Shown: positions 28,904 through 32,000 of the stretch, one piece after another
Numbering within the stretch: position 1 is the stretch's first letter
How the letters are laid out: each line of letters opens with the position of its first letter
NCBI RefSeq assembly: GCF_040732315.1
Contig: NZ_CP160388.1
Span: forward strand, 1,794,494-1,826,493
Direction of reading: 5' to 3'
Length of the DNA stretch: 32,000 bases
Source: Alicycliphilus soli
GTDB lineage: Bacteria; Pseudomonadota; Gammaproteobacteria; Burkholderiales; Burkholderiaceae_C
Translations under genes and position numbers: made by a program
Notes under the pieces: model-generated
Told to the model about the DNA's origin: nothing
The model's input: only the letters and a program-made list of their open reading frames with translations
Database searches by the model: none

Positions 28904-29712
28904 ACGTGGTAGCTGCTGTCGGGCACGTCGGTGATGAACATGTAGCCCGGTGCGTGCGTCACGGCAAACGGTACGCCCGAGGCCATCACCGCCGCCTGGG
29001 GCGTGACGCCGCAGGCCCAGAACACGGGCACCTCACCGGGCTCGATGCGCACAGGATCGCCAAAATCGGGCCTGGCGATGTCGGCAATGCCCAGCGCCGC
29101 CGGATCGCCCACATGCACGGGCGCGCCATGCACCGAGGGAAAGCGCGCCGAGATGCTCACCGCATCGGCCACGCGGTGCGCCGGAATGGGCCGCATGGAC
29201 ACCACCATCTCGCCATGCAGACGCCCGGCCGGGCGGCATTGGCGACTGGTGCGGTACATGGGCACGTTGGAGCCGTCGGCGATGTGGCGCACCTCGATGC
29301 CGGCCTCCTGCAGCGGGGTTTCGAACGTGAAGCTGCAGCCAATCAGAAAGGTGACCAGGTCGGGATGCTCGACCCAGAGCGCGGTGGCGTCCTGCACCTC
29401 CTCGACCAGCCGGCCATTGCGCCAGACGCGGTACAGCGGAATGTCGGTGCGCACGTCGGCACCCTCGGCCAACACGGTGTGGTGCGCGCCGGCCTCGATC
29501 ACGTCGAGCACCGGGCAGGGCTTGGGGTTGCGCTGCGCGTACAGCAGAAAGTCCCAGGCCCAGTCGCGCGGCAGCGCAATCATGTTGGCCTGGGTCATGC
29601 CGGGTGCGACGCCGGCCGTGGGCCGCACGGCGCCCGCGCGGTATTCGGCGCGCGCCTGGCGCGCCGCGGCAACGGCGTCGCTGCGCGCTTGGCGGACTGC
29701 GTTGACTTGCAT
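28900..29712 (-). CDS. DUF1445 / UPF0317 putative hydro-lyase (D-glutamate cyclase-like)
   Basis: Trimmed to ATG 29712, with AGGAG 8 nt upstream. [34 protein letters not shown] matches the family signature. Confidence 0.75.
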   Translation of the reverse strand: MQVNAVRQARSDAVAAARQARAEYRAGAVRPTAGVAPGMTQANMIALPRDWAWDFLLYAQRNPKPCPVLDVIEAGAHHTVLAEGADVRTDIPLYRVWRNGRLVEEVQDATALWVEHPDLVTFLIGCSFTFETPLQEAGIEVRHIADGSNVPMYRTSRQCRPAGRLHGEMVVSMRPIPAHRVADAVSISARFPSVHGAPVHVGDPAALGIADIARPDFGDPVRIEPGEVPVFWACGVTPQAAVMASGVPFAVTHAPGYMFITDVPDSSYHV

Positions 29713-29732
29713 GGTGTGGGCTCCTGACAAAT

Positions 29733-30491
29733 TCACATGAACGAGCGCACGGTCACGCCGTCACTCTCCAGCGCCATGCGCACGGCGCGCGCCATCTCCA
29801 CGGCGCCGGGGCTGTCGCCATGCACGCAGATGGACTGCGCATCCACGCGCGCGAGGCTGCCGTCGATGGCCTCGACCACGCCGTCGCGCACCAGGCGCAG
29901 CATGCGTGCCGCGACCAGGGCGCTGTCGTGCAGCACGGCGCCCTTCTCGCGGCGCGACACCAGGGTTCCCTGGGGCGTGTAGGCGCGGTCGGCAAAGGCC
30001 TCGCCGATCACGCGCAGGCCGGCATCTCGCGCCCAGGCGACGAGCGGCGAGCCGGCCAGCGCCACCAGCGCCAGGTCGGCATCGACCGCGCGGATGGCGG
30101 CGATCACGTCGCGCGCCTGGCGCTCGTCCTGGGCAATGGTGTTGTAGAGCGCGCCGTGGGGCTTGACGTAGCGCACGCGCGTGCCGGCGGCCTGCGCCAG
30201 CCCCTGCAGCGCGCCGATCTGGTAGATCACGTCGGCCACCAGGTCGCTGCTGGCCACATCCATGTTGCGCCGGCCAAAGCCCACCAGGTCCGGGTAGGCC
30301 ACATGGGCGCCCACCGTCACGCCGCGCGCCTGGGCGGCCCTGAGCGTGGCCAGAATGCCCGCCGGGTCGCCCGCGTGAAAGCCGCAGGCCACGTTGGCGC
30401 TGCTCACGATGTCCAGCATGGCAGCGTCGTCGCCCATGGTCCAGGCACCCAGGCTCTCGCCGAGGTCGCTGTTCAGGTCCATCACAGACAT
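29733..30491 (-). CDS. pxpA: 5-oxoprolinase subunit PxpA (LamB/YcsF family)
   Basis: Trimmed to ATG 30491 (GGAGG RBS). [14 protein letters not shown]...ACGFHAGDP is the family signature. Confidence 0.85.
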   Translation of the reverse strand: MSVMDLNSDLGESLGAWTMGDDAAMLDIVSSANVACGFHAGDPAGILATLRAAQARGVTVGAHVAYPDLVGFGRRNMDVASSDLVADVIYQIGALQGLAQAAGTRVRYVKPHGALYNTIAQDERQARDVIAAIRAVDADLALVALAGSPLVAWARDAGLRVIGEAFADRAYTPQGTLVSRREKGAVLHDSALVAARMLRLVRDGVVEAIDGSLARVDAQSICVHGDSPGAVEMARAVRMALESDGVTVRSFM

Positions 30492-30510
30492 GGGATACCT
30501 CCAGCTTCTG

Positions 30511-31803
30511 CTACATGCGCGAGGGCAGCCAGAGCACGATCTCCGGCACCGCGTACAGGGCAAGCACGGCCGCCAGCATCACGAAGAACATCGGTGCCGT
30601 GACGCGTGCGATCCAGCCAATGTCGCGCTTGGTCAGGCCCTGGATGACGAACAGGTTCAGCCCCACGGGCGGCGTGATCTGCGCCATCTCGACCACCAGC
30701 ACGATGAAGACACCGAACCAGATCAGGTCATAGCCCGCGGCCTCGACCGTGGGCAGCAGCACGGCAATCGTCAGCACCACCATGGAGATGCCGTCGAGGA
30801 AGCAGCCGAGCACGATGAAGAACACGGTCAGCATCATCAGCAGCGCGAGCGGCGACAGGTGCAGCGAGCCAATCCATTCGGCCAGGTGGCGTGGCAGCCC
30901 GATGAAGCCCATGGCCAGCGTGAGAAAGGCCGCCCCGGCCAGGATCAGGCCGATCATGCAGTACACGCGGCAGGCGCTGATCAGGCCTTCCTTGAACTTC
31001 TGCCACGACAGCGATCCCTCCCATGCGGCCAGGCCCAGCGCGCCTGCCACGCCCAGCGCGGCGGCCTCGGTGGCCGTGGCAACGCCCGAGTAGATACCGC
31101 CCAGCACCAGGCCGATGAGGATCACCGCGGGAATCAGGTGGCGCGCCTCGTAGATCTTCTGCATGAAGGACATGGACATGTCCGAGGCAGGCACCTGCTC
31201 GCGGTTGAACAGCGCCCAGACGGCGATGTAGCTCATGAACAGGCCCGCCAGCATCAGCCCGGGGAAGACCCCCGCAAGAAACAGCTTGGCGATGGAGACA
31301 TTGGCCGCCACGCCGTAGACGATCATGATGATCGAGGGCGGAATCAGCAGGCCCAGGGTGGCCGCGCCGCCCAGCGTGCCCACGGCCATGGCGTCGGGGT
31401 AGCCGCGCTTTTTCAGCTCGGGCAGGGTCATCTTGCCAATGGTGGCGCAGGTGGCCGCGGATGAGCCCGAGATGGCGGCAAAGATGGTGCAGCCCACCAC
31501 GTTGGTGTGCAACAGCCGCCCGGGCAGCTTGTCCATCCACGGCGCAAGGCCGCGGAACATGCTGTCCGAGAGCTTGCTGCGAAACAGGATCTCGCCCATC
31601 CACAGAAACAGCGGCAGCGCGGTCAGCGTCCAGGCCGAGCTCGCCCCCCAGATGGTGAGCATCATGCTGTCGCCTACCGGGCGGCTGGTGAACAGCTCCA
31701 TGCCGAGCAGGCCCACGGCCAGCAGGCCCAGGCCTATCCAGATGCCAGCGCCGAGCACCGCAAACAGCGCAATGATCAGCACCAGTGCAGCCATCATGTC
31801 CAT
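30511..31803 (-). CDS. TRAP transporter large permease (DctM family)
   Basis: 430-aa polytopic membrane protein with a typical DctM N-terminus and length. GGGGAG RBS. Confidence 0.9.
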   Translation of the reverse strand: MDMMAALVLIIALFAVLGAGIWIGLGLLAVGLLGMELFTSRPVGDSMMLTIWGASSAWTLTALPLFLWMGEILFRSKLSDSMFRGLAPWMDKLPGRLLHTNVVGCTIFAAISGSSAATCATIGKMTLPELKKRGYPDAMAVGTLGGAATLGLLIPPSIIMIVYGVAANVSIAKLFLAGVFPGLMLAGLFMSYIAVWALFNREQVPASDMSMSFMQKIYEARHLIPAVILIGLVLGGIYSGVATATEAAALGVAGALGLAAWEGSLSWQKFKEGLISACRVYCMIGLILAGAAFLTLAMGFIGLPRHLAEWIGSLHLSPLALLMMLTVFFIVLGCFLDGISMVVLTIAVLLPTVEAAGYDLIWFGVFIVLVVEMAQITPPVGLNLFVIQGLTKRDIGWIARVTAPMFFVMLAAVLALYAVPEIVLWLPSRM

Positions 31804-31818
31804 GTCGGTCTCCCCTGC

Positions 31819-32000
31819 TTATTCGGCCACCGACCCGGGGCCGGCAATGAACCACTCGCGCCCGCGCAGGCGCGCCACGATGGCATGCAAGAAGGCCAGC
31901 GCAAAGGCCACGCAACCTATCGCCATGCTCAGCTGCGGAATCCACAGTGGCGTGGCGTCGGCCGCCGGCGAGACGTCGTGCGTCTCGTACGACAGCCACA
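31819..32000 (-). CDS. TRAP transporter small permease (DctQ family), C-terminal part (gene start outside the window)
   Basis: Reverse-strand frame ...WLSYETHDVSPAADATPLWIPQLSMAIGCVAFALAFLHAIVARLRGREWF...* ends at TAA 31821-31819, directly upstream of dctM. Confidence 0.65.
   Translation of the reverse strand, partial: WLSYETHDVSPAADATPLWIPQLSMAIGCVAFALAFLHAIVARLRGREWFIAGPGSVAE

Overview
High-GC proteobacterial chromosome (gene content and repeats look betaproteobacterial or Comamonadaceae-like, by inference only) interrupted by a visibly AT-richer island at about 11.03-19.80 kb. Left chromosomal block, all on the minus strand: a transglutaminase / alpha-E / circularly permuted ATP-grasp triad, a sulfide-handling module (SQR-like flavoprotein, DUF2892 membrane protein, rhodanese), and an MFP-RND-OMP efflux operon divergent from an ArsR/SmtB regulator. 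The island holds a complete filamentous (inovirus-type) prophage: repressor, Rep_trans-type initiator, ssDNA-binding-like protein, 66-aa major coat, minor coats, Pro-rich adsorption protein, g6p-like protein and Zot/pI ATPase. It has no integrase and no secretin. It is bracketed by two direct dif-like XerC/XerD sites (11223-11250 and 18883-18910), so it looks like a Xer-exploiting integrative element (IMEX). A PEP-CTERM protein gene and tRNA-Lys(UUU) follow. Right chromosomal block: tcdA, cpoB, pal, tolB, msbA, then a minus-strand cluster of biotin carboxylase-BCCP fusion, fused PxpB-PxpC, DUF1445 hydro-lyase, PxpA and TRAP DctM/DctQ. Main leads: (1) the integrase-less, dif-flanked inovirus; (2) the repressor stop codon lies inside the left dif-like site, so integration state should change the repressor C-terminus and split a leftward operon; (3) a 176-aa early phage protein with C5-methyltransferase-like motif order but no SAM-binding loop and no target-recognition domain; (4) a hairpin REP family present five times, twice translated in the same frame, once as the start of an OMP signal peptide and once as the PxpB-PxpC linker. 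Nothing here was checked against databases. All family calls come from motif recognition in the translated ORFs.
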